Positions 1 to 9,147 of a stretch of DNA of 64,000 nt are shown here, piece by piece (within the stretch, counting starts at the first letter, position 1; each line of letters begins with the position of its first letter). The notes under the pieces are model-generated. The model saw only the letters and a list, made by a program, of their open reading frames with translations. It did no database searches and had not been told where the DNA came from. The translations under genes were made by a program, and so were the position numbers. The DNA is from an uncultured Candidatus Rokubacteria bacterium. GTDB taxonomy: Bacteria; Methylomirabilota; Methylomirabilia; Rokubacteriales; CSP1-6. Location: NCBI GenBank assembly GCA_963747235.1, contig CAVVEU010000013.1:327517-391516 (forward strand), in the 5' to 3' direction.

Positions 1-286
1 ACCCGGTCGCCTTCCCGGGCCACCGCGAGGATCCGCTCGCCGCGCCGGAGGAAGATGCCTTCGTCGGCCGTCGCCCCGGACGAGCCGCGCGAAGAACGCG
101 ACCTCGCCGCGGGCGTTGACCGGGGCGATCACCGGGAAGGTTCTCCTGGCCGAACCGGTCGAAGGTGCCGCCGCCCGGCGCGGCGTCACCGACACGGGCG
201 ACCACGCGGAGCGTCGGAGCATCGGCGCCCTGGGCGGAGAGCGCGAAGGCGGACGCGACGAGCGCCAGGAGCGCGACACCGAGCAT
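1..286 (-). CDS. Secreted protein with NxxGxxAF-type repeat (partial, runs off window start, frameshifted)
   Basis: Manual minus-strand reading gives MLGVALLALVASAFALSAQGADAPTLRVVARVGDAAPGGGTFDRFG, then after a shift PVIAPVNARGEVAFFARL...EGIFLRRGERILAVAREGD. Signal peptide plus an N-x-x-G-x-V-A-F motif; start uncertain. Confidence 0.55.
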   Translation of the reverse strand, partial: MLGVALLALVASAFALSAQGADAPTLRVVARVGDAAPGGGTFDRFGQENLPGDRPGQRPRRGRVLRAARPGRRPTKASSSGAASGSSRWPGKATG

Positions 287-345
287 CGACCAGGACTGGC
301 GGGCGGCATACGCAGGGAGTATAGGAAGGTCGGGATGGCGCCGCA

Positions 346-587
346 ATGAGCGCCTCGAGTCGCGGGATCGTGATCGGTCTCGGGCTGCTCGCGATCGCCG
401 CGCGATCGCGGCCGCCGCCGAGGCGCCGGCCACGAGGGGGGCGTGCTACTGCCGGGCCGGCGCGGCGCTCCATTGCACCGCGGATCTCAGCGAGCCGGAC
501 TGCCGCCGGCAGTGTGACGAGGCGCTGTGCGACGACTGGTTCTGGAAGGAACGACTGCCCTGCTGGAACTGGGGCTACGGAGGCTGA
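346..587 (+). CDS. Small secreted Cys/Trp-rich protein (one apparent frameshift near 405)
   Basis: Signal-like MSASSRGIVIGLGLLAIAA joins another frame reading AIAAAAEAPATRGACYCRAGAALHCTADLSEPDCRRQCDEALCDDWFWKERLPCWNWGYGG-stop. Confidence 0.5.
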
Positions 588-601
588 TATCCTGTAGCCG
601 C

Positions 602-1332
602 ATGTCGCGCTACTACTGCCACGAGTATCCCGACGTCCTCGTGCTCTCGAGACCCGCGTGGTGGACGCGCGGCCCGGGGCGGTGCTGCTCGAGCAGAGCC
701 CGTTCCACCCGGGCGGCGGCGGCCAGCTCGCCGACCGCGGGCTCGTGCGCTGGAACGGCGGCGCGGTGCGGGTGATCGGCATCGAGGCCGTGGGCGGACG
801 CTACTGGCATCTGCTGGCCGAGCCCGTGGAGATGGCCGGCCCGGTGGAGGCGGTGGTGGATGCCGAGTTCCGCTCCATGATGGCGCAGCTCCACACCGAC
901 ACCCACATCCTGAACGCGCTCGTCTTCCGCCAGTTCCAGGGGGCGCTGGTGACGGGCGCGCAGCTCAACGAGGACGGTACCGCGCGCATGGATTTCGACC
1001 TGCCGGAGGCCGACAACGACCGCCTCCGCGCGCTCGAGCCCGAGATCAACGACGTCATCCGCCAGGATCTGCCGGTCCGCTACGCCTACGTCGGCGAGGC
1101 CGACGCGCTGGCCGAGCGGGGCCTCGTCCGGAACCGGTCGGTGGCGCCGCCTCCCACCGAGGACGGCACGATCCGCGTGGTCGAGATCGTGGGGCTCGAT
1201 CGCCAGGCCTGCGGCGGGACCCACCTGGCCTCGACGGCGGGCTCCCGTCCGCTGCGGATCCTCAAGATCGACAACAAGGGCCGGCACAACCGGCGGATCA
1301 AGATCGGGCTCGCGGGCGAGACCCCGCGATGA
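602..1332 (+). CDS. alaX: Alanyl-tRNA editing protein, AlaX family (frameshift near 645)
   Basis: Motifs FHPGGGGQLADRG, HTDTH (HxxxH) and CGGTH (CxxxH) for zinc binding; N-terminus MSRYYCHEYP lies in another frame. Confidence 0.85.
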
Positions 1333-1338
1333 GACGGG

Positions 1339-1719
1339 TCAGGCGGGGCCGAAGCCGATGACGGTCTGGCTGTCGATCTGCACGGGGCGAAAGCGCACGG
1401 GCAGGCCGGCCGTGAGCGTCTCGAACGGGATGTCCACGATGCGGCCGAGCACGGACACCCCCTCCTCCAGCCGGACCACCGCGACCGCGTAGGGCACCTC
1501 GCCGCCCCGCCCTCGGGGCGCGACGCGGATGACCGTGTGCGACACGATGGTGCCGCCCCCGGCGAGCGGCACCGGCTGCCAGTCGCGCTCCTGGCAGCTC
1601 GCGCAGAACTCCTTCGGCGGGATGGCCAGCTCCCCGCAGCGGCCGCAGCGGATGCCGGTGAGCCGGCCCGCGCGCGCCTCCTCGAAGAAGCCCTTCAGGT
1701 TGATCACACGCTCAGTCAC
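1339..1719 (-). CDS. Zn-ribbon/OB-fold protein (DUF35 family)
   Basis: CxxC...CxxC followed by OB-fold (PYAVAVVRLEEG); overlaps the thiolase stop, which is the typical pairing. Confidence 0.85.
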   Translation of the reverse strand: MTERVINLKGFFEEARAGRLTGIRCGRCGELAIPPKEFCASCQERDWQPVPLAGGGTIVSHTVIRVAPRGRGGEVPYAVAVVRLEEGVSVLGRIVDIPFETLTAGLPVRFRPVQIDSQTVIGFGPA

Positions 1720-2866
1720 GGCCGAACAGGCTCACGACGACCGTCGCGGTATTGCCGCCGAGCGTATGGGTCAGGCCGGTGCGGGCGCCGTCCACCTGAC
1801 GCCGGTCCGCCTCGCCCCGGAGCTGCGTGACGATCTCCGCGATCTGGGCGGCCCCGGTGGCGCCGATCGGGTGGCCCTTGGCCTTGAGCCCGCCCGACGG
1901 ATTCACCGGGAGCTTGCCGCCGAGGCTCGTCCAGCCCTTCTCGGCGGCCAGGCCGCCGGTGCCGGGCTCGAAGAAGCCGAGGCCCTCGGTGGCCACGATC
2001 TCGGCGATCGTGAAGCAGTCGTGCAGCTCCACCACGTCCACGTCGGTGGGCGTCTTGCCGGCCTGGCGATACGCGCCCTGGGCGGCGCGCTCGGTGGCGG
2101 TCACGCGGGAGAGATCGCGCTTCTCGTGCACGAACATGGTGTCGGTGGCCGCGTGCGAGCCCAGCACCCAGATCGGGCGCCGGTGCCGCCGGGCCACCTC
2201 CTCGGAGGCGAGCACGAGGGCCGCGCCCCCGTCGGTGAACGGGCAGCAGTCGAAGAGCTTGAGCGGGTCGGCCACGTACGCGCTCTTGAGCACCGTCTCG
2301 AGGGTGATCTCCTTCTGGAACTGCGCCTTGGGGTTCAGCACCCCGTGGCGATGGTTCTTGACCGCCACGTGGGCCATCTGCTCCTCGGTGGTGCCGTACT
2401 TGTCCATGTGCGCGCGCGCGATCAGCGCGAACACGCCGGGGAAGGTGAGGCCGGCGGGCTGCTCGAGGGAGGCGTCGGAGCAGTAGGCGAAGAACTCGGT
2501 GGCGGATTCGGTCGGCACGTTCAGCACGCGCTCGGCGCCGCCTACCAGGATCACGTCCGAGACACCGCTCGCGATCTCCATCACCGCGTGGCGGAAGGCC
2601 ACGTGGCTGGTCGCGCAGGCGTTCTCGAAGCGGGTGGTGGGGACGGTGGGGAGCCCGAGGAGGGTGGCGGCCAGCGGGCCCATGTGGAGCTGGCGCTCGG
2701 TCTCGCCTCCGGTCACGTTGCCGAAGTACAGCGCCTGGATGGCGCGCGGAGCGATCCCGGCGTCGGTGATGGCGTCGGCGGCGGCCGCCGCGAACAGCTC
2801 GGCGCTGGTCCGATCGTGCTTGCCAAACTTGGTGACACCCACTCCGATCACGGCGACGCGGCGCAT
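1712..2866 (-). CDS. Thiolase-domain protein (SCP2/archaeal-type)
   Basis: MRRVAVIGVGVTKFG start with GGAG RBS; ENACATS, ELHDCF, NPSGGLKAKGHPIGATG motifs. Confidence 0.9.
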   Translation of the reverse strand: MRRVAVIGVGVTKFGKHDRTSAELFAAAAADAITDAGIAPRAIQALYFGNVTGGETERQLHMGPLAATLLGLPTVPTTRFENACATSHVAFRHAVMEIASGVSDVILVGGAERVLNVPTESATEFFAYCSDASLEQPAGLTFPGVFALIARAHMDKYGTTEEQMAHVAVKNHRHGVLNPKAQFQKEITLETVLKSAYVADPLKLFDCCPFTDGGAALVLASEEVARRHRRPIWVLGSHAATDTMFVHEKRDLSRVTATERAAQGAYRQAGKTPTDVDVVELHDCFTIAEIVATEGLGFFEPGTGGLAAEKGWTSLGGKLPVNPSGGLKAKGHPIGATGAAQIAEIVTQLRGEADRRQVDGARTGLTHTLGGNTATVVVSLFGRD

Positions 2867-2975
2867 GAGGTCTCCTGAGCCCGCTGAAAGTATTGACGTT
2901 CCTGTATCCGGCATCATACCGCGCCGCCTCGCCAAATGATCGTGAAAGCCCGGACCGCGTGATACGGTGTGCCGC

Positions 2976-3931
2976 ATGACCGTCGAAGAAGCCCTGCTCG
3001 CGGTGGTGGGGGCGGTCGCGCTCGTGCTGCTCTTCCTCGGTCTGGCGGACGCCCTCGAAGGGGATCCGCGCGCCTGGCTCCGCGGGCGCCGCCGGCGTCT
3101 CTCGCGGCCCGAGCGGCCGCGCCCCGGCCTCGCGCCCGCCCCGCGGACCCCGCTGGCCCGCCGGGCCTCGCCGGCCTCTCCCGCGGCCCCGGAGCCGAAG
3201 CCCTCCAGACGAGCGGCGGTGACGGCAGAGCCTGCCGAGGCGGCGTCTCCGGCCCCGGAGGCGGCCCGCGCCATCGTGTCCGAGGAATGGCGCGCCCGGG
3301 TGGCCGCGCTGATCCGCGGGCGCGAGTGCGAGGAGGCGCGTCAGCTCCTCGATCCCGCGCTCGAGCGCGATGAGGTGGATCGGGAGACCGCGGGGTTCCT
3401 CCTCGACGTCTGCTCCACGGCGGTGGCCCGCGATCTCTGGCGTCTCCGTCGCGCGGTTCGCCGGGGCGGAGGCGACGAGGCGCCGCTCGCGAGCTCGCTT
3501 CAGGTGACCGGGTCGTGCTGGAGGCGTCCGTGGCGCAGGATCTCCCACGGGAACAGCGCCGCCGGGTGACCGGCCGCCTCTGGCGCGGACACACGCGGCT
3601 GGGCCTGCGCCGGTGGCGCGCCGGGACCTTCGAGACGGCGGTCGAGTCCCTGTTCCAGGCGCTCGCCGTGCGCGGGATCGACGAGCGCCGGCGCCGGCTC
3701 GCCCGTGACCTGCTGGTGCGCACGCTCGAGGACATGGCCGGTGAGAGCCTCGAGGTGATCCCGCAGCTCCTGGGCGAGGGTGATCGCGCCATCGCGCTCG
3801 GGCAGGCGCAGCGGCTCCTCGAGCACATCCGCCGTACCCGGGACGAGGGCGTGTCGGCGGAGGAGCTGGCGGTGGCCGCCTCGCGCGCGCGCCAGCTGCT
3901 GGAGCACATCGAGCAGACCCCGGTGCGATGA
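2976..3931 (+). CDS. Hypothetical membrane-anchored helical protein (frameshift near 3510)
   Basis: N-terminal TM segment, Pro/Ala linker, helical C-terminal part continuing in ORF 3515..3931. Confidence 0.55.
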
Positions 3932-4610
3932 CCGACCTCGGGCCCGCCCTGACCCTCGGCCAGATGGTGGACCGGGCGGCCGCGCGGTTTCCCGACCGGA
4001 TCGCGGTCGTCTTCAAGCGGGAGCGGATCAGCTACGCCGACCTCAAGCGCCGCGCCGACGATTTCGCGCGCGGGCTCCTCGCGCTGGGCCTGGGGCCGGG
4101 CGATCACGTCGTGCTCTGGATGCCCAATCGCGTCGAGTGGAACGTCGCGAACCTCGGCATCGCGAAGATCGGGGTGGTGACCGTCACCTGCAACAGCCGC
4201 TGCGGCGGATCCTCGACCGCGAGCGTGGCCTCGGCATGGACGCGCTGGTGGTCTACGGACTCACCGAGGCGACCGGGGGCACCCACTGGATCGCGGCCGG
4301 GCGATCCGATCGATCGGCGGGTGTCCATCGTCGGGGTACGCACCAGCGAGGTCCTGGACCGCGTGATGGATCCCGCGACCGGCCGCGAGCTAGCGCCCGG
4401 CGAGGAAGGTGGCTGCACACCGGGGACATGGCGGTCCGGGACGCGGAGGGCTATGTGCGGCTCACCGGGCGGCTCGCGAGGATCGCCAACTTCAAGGTGC
4501 CGAAGTACGTGGAGATCGTGGACCGGTTCCCGTTGACCGGCTCCGGCAAGGTGCAGAAGTTCAAGCAGAAGGCCTACGCGGTCGAGAAGTACGCGCTCCG
4601 GGGGCCCTAG
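3928..4610 (+). pseudogene. Eroded AMP-binding acyl-CoA synthetase
   Basis: Collinear fragments (N-terminus, YGLTEA, DPATG..PGEEG, WLHTGD..RD.EGY..TGR, KVPKYV..PLTGSGKVQK) spread over several frames in about 680 bp; P-loop and large internal parts absent. Confidence 0.75.
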
Positions 4611-5677
4611 CGGGCCGCGTCGATCGAGCGGGCGCGCGCTTCCGCGAAGACCTCGAGCGGCATGCCCAGGAAGGTGGCCACCACGTCCGGGTCGAAGTGC
4701 GTGCCCGCCGAGTCCCGGATCCGATCGCGCGCCGCTTCCAGCGAGATGGCCTTGGAGTACGGCCGGTCGTAGGTCATGGCGTCGAAGGCGTCGGCGACCG
4801 CGAAGATGCGGGCGCCGAGGGGAATGACCGGGCCGGCGAGCCCGAGCGGATACCCGGTGCCGTCCCAGCGCTCGTGGTGGTGGTGCACCACCGGGATCGC
4901 GTCGCGCAGGAACGGGATGCTCTCCAGGATCTGCCGGCCGATCTCGGGGTGGCTCCGCATGATCACCCACTCCTCGGGCGTCAGGGGCCCGGGCTTGAGG
5001 AGGATCGCGTCGGAGATGCCGATCTTGCCGATGTCGTGCAGGAGGACGCCACGGCCCAGCGCGTCGAGCTCCGCGGCGGGCAGCCCGTGCGAGCGGGCGA
5101 GGGCCAGCGAGTAGGCGTGCACGCGGCGGGAGTGCAGCTCGGTGCCGATCTCGCGGGTGGCCAGGACGGAGCCCAGGGCCTCGAGCGTGGTCTGATAGGT
5201 CTGCTGCAGCTCTCCGAGGGCGGTGGCGAGGTCGCGCGTGGCCTCCGACACCCGGTACTCCAGGAGGACCTGGTGCTCGCGGCGCTCGATCAGGAGCTGG
5301 CGGTGCTCGAGCGCCCGCTCCGCCGAGAGCAGGACCTGGTCCAGGTTGACCGGCTTCAGGATGAAGTCGCTGGCGCCCTGCTTGAGGCTCTCGACGGCGG
5401 TGCGCACGTCGGCCGCGCCGGTGAGCATGATCACGGCGGCGTCGGCGTCGCGGGCCTTGACGTGCTGGAGGAGCTGGAGGCCGTCCATGACCGGCATCTT
5501 GAGATCGGTGATGGTGAGCGGGGAGCGCTCGGCCTCGAAGAGCTTGGCCGCCTCCCGGCCGTTGCCCGCGATCCGGCATTCGTAGCCCGCGGAGCCGAAC
5601 ACCGCGCGGAGCGTGGTGCGGATGTCGCGCTCGTCGTCGACGATCAGCACCCGCCGGGCCGAGGCCAGCGCGGTCAC
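4607..5677 (-). CDS. Response regulator with HD-GYP phosphodiesterase domain
   Basis: REC domain (LIVDDE, TDLKMP, KP), then HDIGK and HHERWDGTGYP. Confidence 0.92.
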   Translation of the reverse strand: MTALASARRVLIVDDERDIRTTLRAVFGSAGYECRIAGNGREAAKLFEAERSPLTITDLKMPVMDGLQLLQHVKARDADAAVIMLTGAADVRTAVESLKQGASDFILKPVNLDQVLLSAERALEHRQLLIERREHQVLLEYRVSEATRDLATALGELQQTYQTTLEALGSVLATREIGTELHSRRVHAYSLALARSHGLPAAELDALGRGVLLHDIGKIGISDAILLKPGPLTPEEWVIMRSHPEIGRQILESIPFLRDAIPVVHHHHERWDGTGYPLGLAGPVIPLGARIFAVADAFDAMTYDRPYSKAISLEAARDRIRDSAGTHFDPDVVATFLGMPLEVFAEARARSIDAAR

Positions 5678-5681
5678 GAGG

Positions 5682-6716
5682 TCACGCGCCCGGCCGCCCG
5701 GGCGCCCGACCGGCCGCGACGTCCTCGTGCACCGATACGCGATTCTTGCCCGCGCGCTTCGCCGCGTAGAGCGCCTCGTCGGCCGCGCGGATCAGCTCGT
5801 CGGCCGCGGGGGCGACGTCCTCGGGCAGGGAGGCGATGCCGAAGCTGGCGGTGACGCGGCGGCCGTGGGCGAAGGTCCAGGTGGAGAGCACGTAGCGAAT
5901 GCGGTCCGCGTACAGGCGCGCCCCGCTCTTGCTGGTCTCGACCAGGAGCACCGCGAACTCGTCGCCGCCGTAGCGGCAGATGACGTTGATGCCGCGGGAC
6001 TGCTTGAGCAGGATCTCGGCCATCGCGCGGAGCGTCTCGTCGCCGGCCCCGTGGCCCAGGTCGTCGTTCACCGCCTTGAAGCCGTCGAGGTCGAGCAGCA
6101 CCACCGAGACGGGGTGATTGAAGCGGCGATAGCGCGAGACTTCTTCCTCGAGCCGGATCGAGAAGAAGCGGCGGTTGTAGAGGCCGGTGACCTCGTCCTT
6201 GAACGAGAACTCCTTGAGCTGGGCGCTGGTGGACTCGAGCTCCTTGTACGCGGTGTCGAGGCGGCGCGCGTACTCGTTGACGTCGGAGGCCTGCTGCTCG
6301 ATGGTGACCAGCATGCGCGAGAAGGAGTGCATGAGCGTGTCCACCTCGTCGCTCTGCTGCACGTACTGCTGCACCGCGCTGGTCTCGAGGCTCGGCGTGG
6401 GCCGCGACGTCCCGGCGGCCGGCGCGGGCCGGCGCGGCGCATCGAGCGAGTCCGCGTGGCGCACCACCGAGGTGGCCAGATCCCAGAGCATGAAGCTGCC
6501 CGCCGCCATGAGGAGCCCGGTCCCGCCGAGCATCACCAGCATCCACGGGAGGTTGCGCTCCTGCGCCTGGGGGTCCAGCAGCGGGAGCGCGTAGGCGTAG
6601 ACGAGATAGGCAACCACCAGCATGGGCAGGAACGCGGTCAGGGCCATCGCGATCAGAATCTTGCGCTTGATGCGGCGGGCCGCGGGGGTCTCGGCAGCTC
6701 TGGCGCGTCTGGCCAT
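5682..6716 (-). CDS. Membrane-bound diguanylate cyclase
   Basis: Two TM helices, coiled coil, DEVTGLYNRR, DLDGFK, RYGGDEF; I-site position reads RGIN. Confidence 0.92.
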   Translation of the reverse strand: MARRARAAETPAARRIKRKILIAMALTAFLPMLVVAYLVYAYALPLLDPQAQERNLPWMLVMLGGTGLLMAAGSFMLWDLATSVVRHADSLDAPRRPAPAAGTSRPTPSLETSAVQQYVQQSDEVDTLMHSFSRMLVTIEQQASDVNEYARRLDTAYKELESTSAQLKEFSFKDEVTGLYNRRFFSIRLEEEVSRYRRFNHPVSVVLLDLDGFKAVNDDLGHGAGDETLRAMAEILLKQSRGINVICRYGGDEFAVLLVETSKSGARLYADRIRYVLSTWTFAHGRRVTASFGIASLPEDVAPAADELIRAADEALYAAKRAGKNRVSVHEDVAAGRAPGRPGA

Positions 6717-6785
6717 GGCGTCAACCCCAAGGATAAGCGGCGACGGCCCTTCAATGCGGCGAGAATTTCAGCGCGGCGCCCTTCC

Positions 6786-6815
6786 TTGACGGGGTGCGGA
6801 AGGGTGGGGTACGGT
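6786..6815 (+). promoter_or_regulatory. Sigma70-like promoter for tusA operon (near-leaderless)
   Basis: TTGACG-18 nt-TACGGT, 8 nt before ATG 6824, no RBS. Confidence 0.5.
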
Positions 6816-6823
6816 AGCTTGCC

Positions 6824-7075
6824 ATGGCCCAGGAAGCGAAACTCGTCAATCCTGACAGGCAGATTGACTGCACCGGGCTGTTCTGTCCCATGCCGATCGT
6901 GAAGACCCGTGAGGCGATGGCCCTGATGACGGCGGGTCAGGTTCTCGAGATGCTCTCCGACGATCCCGCCTCCGATCCCGACATGCGGAGCTGGGCGCAG
7001 AACACCGGCCACGAGCTGCTCGACGTCATCCGGAACGGGGCGGTCTACCGCTTCGTGATCAGGAAGTCGCGGTAG
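6824..7075 (+). CDS. tusA: TusA-family sulfur carrier
   Basis: IDCTGLFCPMP motif, 83 aa, SDDP. Confidence 0.9.
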   Translation: MAQEAKLVNPDRQIDCTGLFCPMPIVKTREAMALMTAGQVLEMLSDDPASDPDMRSWAQNTGHELLDVIRNGAVYRFVIRKSR

Positions 7076-8269
7076 ATGCCGGTGGAGTCGACCGGGGTCG
7101 AGCCCGGGCGCGTCTACCTCGACTACGCGGGGTTCGCGCCGGTGGACCCGCGGGTGCTCGCGGTCATGCGCCCGTTCCTCGAGGCGGGGATCGGCAATCC
7201 CTCGGCCCGCCACTCGCTCGGCGCCGAGGCGCGCGAGTCGCTCGACGCGGCCCGCGTGAAGGTCGCGCGTCTCTGCGGGGGCGCGCCGGGCGGCATCGTG
7301 TTCACCTCCGGCGCCACCGAGGCCAACAACCTGGCGATCAAGGGTGTGGTGGCCCGCGCTCGGGGCGGCGGGCCCGTCCGCGTCCTGCTCTCGGCCATCG
7401 AGCACATCTCGGTGATCAATGCCTGCCGCGACCTCGAGAAGGCGGGCGTGACCGTGTGTCACCTCCCGGTGGACGGCGAGGGCCGCGTGGATCCGGGCAT
7501 GCTCCGGGCGGCCCTCACCGCGGACACGGTGCTCGTCTCGATCGCCGCGGCCAATCCCGAGATCGGCACGGTGCAGCCGCTCAAGGAGATCGGGCGGGTG
7601 ACGCGCGCGGCGGGCGTCGCGCTGCACGTGGACGGCGTCGGCGCGCTGGGCCGGGTGCCGCTCAACGTGGAGGCGATGAGCATCGACCTGCTGACCGTCT
7701 CGGGGAACGACCTCTACGCGTCGCCGGGCAGCGGAGCCCTCTGGGTCCGGCCGGGCGTGCGGATTCATCCGCAGGTGCTGGGCGGCGGCCAGGAAGGCGG
7801 CTACCGGTCGGGTACGGAGAACGTGCCCGGCGTGGTCGGCCTCGGGGTGGCCGCGGAGCTGATGCGCGTCGAGGGCGCGCACCAGGAGGCGACCCGGCTG
7901 GCCGCCCTGCGCGACCGGCTCATGCACGGGCTGCTCGAGGCGATCCCGGACTGCCGGCTGACCGGCTCGGCGACGTCGCGGCTGCCGCAGCACCTGAGCC
8001 TCGTGGTGCGCGGGGTGAAGGCCGACGGCGTCCTGCTCGACCTCGATCTGGACGGGGTGGCCGCCTCGTCGGGATCGGCCTGCGCCTCGCTGACCCAGAC
8101 GACGTCGCACGTCCTGCGGAGCATCGGGTGCACGCCCGAGGAAGCGGAAGGCTCGCTCTGCTTCACCCTCGGCCGGTGGAGCACCGCCGCCGATGTGGAC
8201 GCGGTGCTGGACCGGCTGCCACCCATCGTGGCGCGCCTGCGCGCGCTCGCCGCCGCGCTCCACACCTAG
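7076..8269 (+). CDS. Cysteine desulfurase-family protein (IscS/NifS-like) with Lys-to-Asp at the PLP site
   Basis: YLDYA, GNPS, FTSGATEANN, EH, GGGQE..RSGTEN and SSGSAC motifs; the canonical SxHK reads SGND. Confidence 0.88.
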   Translation: MPVESTGVEPGRVYLDYAGFAPVDPRVLAVMRPFLEAGIGNPSARHSLGAEARESLDAARVKVARLCGGAPGGIVFTSGATEANNLAIKGVVARARGGGPVRVLLSAIEHISVINACRDLEKAGVTVCHLPVDGEGRVDPGMLRAALTADTVLVSIAAANPEIGTVQPLKEIGRVTRAAGVALHVDGVGALGRVPLNVEAMSIDLLTVSGNDLYASPGSGALWVRPGVRIHPQVLGGGQEGGYRSGTENVPGVVGLGVAAELMRVEGAHQEATRLAALRDRLMHGLLEAIPDCRLTGSATSRLPQHLSLVVRGVKADGVLLDLDLDGVAASSGSACASLTQTTSHVLRSIGCTPEEAEGSLCFTLGRWSTAADVDAVLDRLPPIVARLRALAAALHT

Positions 8270-8285
8270 CCCGCTCGCCCGCTCC

Positions 8286-8997
8286 GTGAAGCTCGTCCTG
8301 TTCGACATCGACGGCACGCTGATCACCTCGCGCGGGGCCGGGCGCCGCGCGATGCGAACCGCGCTCGAGCAGGTCTTCGGCGCCGCGGGGGGCATCGACC
8401 AGTACGACCTGCGCGGGACGGACGGACACCCGCATCGTCCACGACGTGATGGGCGCCCTGGGCTGGGAGCCCGCCCGGGTGAAGGAGCGCCTCGACGACT
8501 TCTTCGAGGTCTACGTGGGGGGACTGACGAGCGAGATCGGCGATGGCCGGCACGTCGTCACGCTGCCGGGGGTGACCGCGGTGGTGGAGCGCCTGGCCGA
8601 GTCCCCGGAGGTGGTGCTGGGCCTGGTGACGGGCAATATCGAGGAGGGGGCCCGGATCAAGCTCCTGCCCACGGGGCTCTGGCCGCACTTCCGGGTCGGG
8701 GCCTACGGCTCCGACCACATGGATCGGCGGCGCCTGCCGTCGCTGGCGACCCGCCGGGCGCACGCGCTCGTGGGCTACGCGTTCGCGCCCCCCGAGGTGG
8801 TCGTGATCGGCGACACCCCGCACGACATCGATTGCGCGCGCGCCTTCGGCGCGGTGGCGATCGCGGTCACCACCGGCCAGTACAGCCGCGCCGAGCTCCT
8901 CGCCGACCGCCCCGACGTCCTGTTCGACGACCTGGGGGACGTGGAGCAGGTGCTCGCGGCGGTGCTGGGCGCGGTGAAAGCGGCGGAACGAGAGTAA
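8286..8997 (+). CDS. HAD-family hydrolase (frameshift near 8420)
   Basis: MKLVLFDIDGTL motif I, TGN, and IGDTPHD motif in the downstream frame. Confidence 0.85.
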
Positions 8998-9033
8998 GCC
9001 GGACCCGAGCCGGCGAAGCGCGGCATGGGGGAG

Positions 9034-9060
9034 TGCGGGGGCCATTTCTGGGCCCCCGCA
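9034..9060. terminator. Perfect 10-bp hairpin between convergent genes (terminator or REP-like)
   Basis: TGCGGGGGCC-ATTTCTG-GGCCCCCGCA. Confidence 0.55.
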
Positions 9061-9147
9061 TTAGAAAGTAAAGCGGGCCGCCCTACGCCCGAGCGCAGCA
9101 GCCCACCCGGTGCCCGGTCAGCCGTCTCGGTGCTCAGCCGGCCGTGC

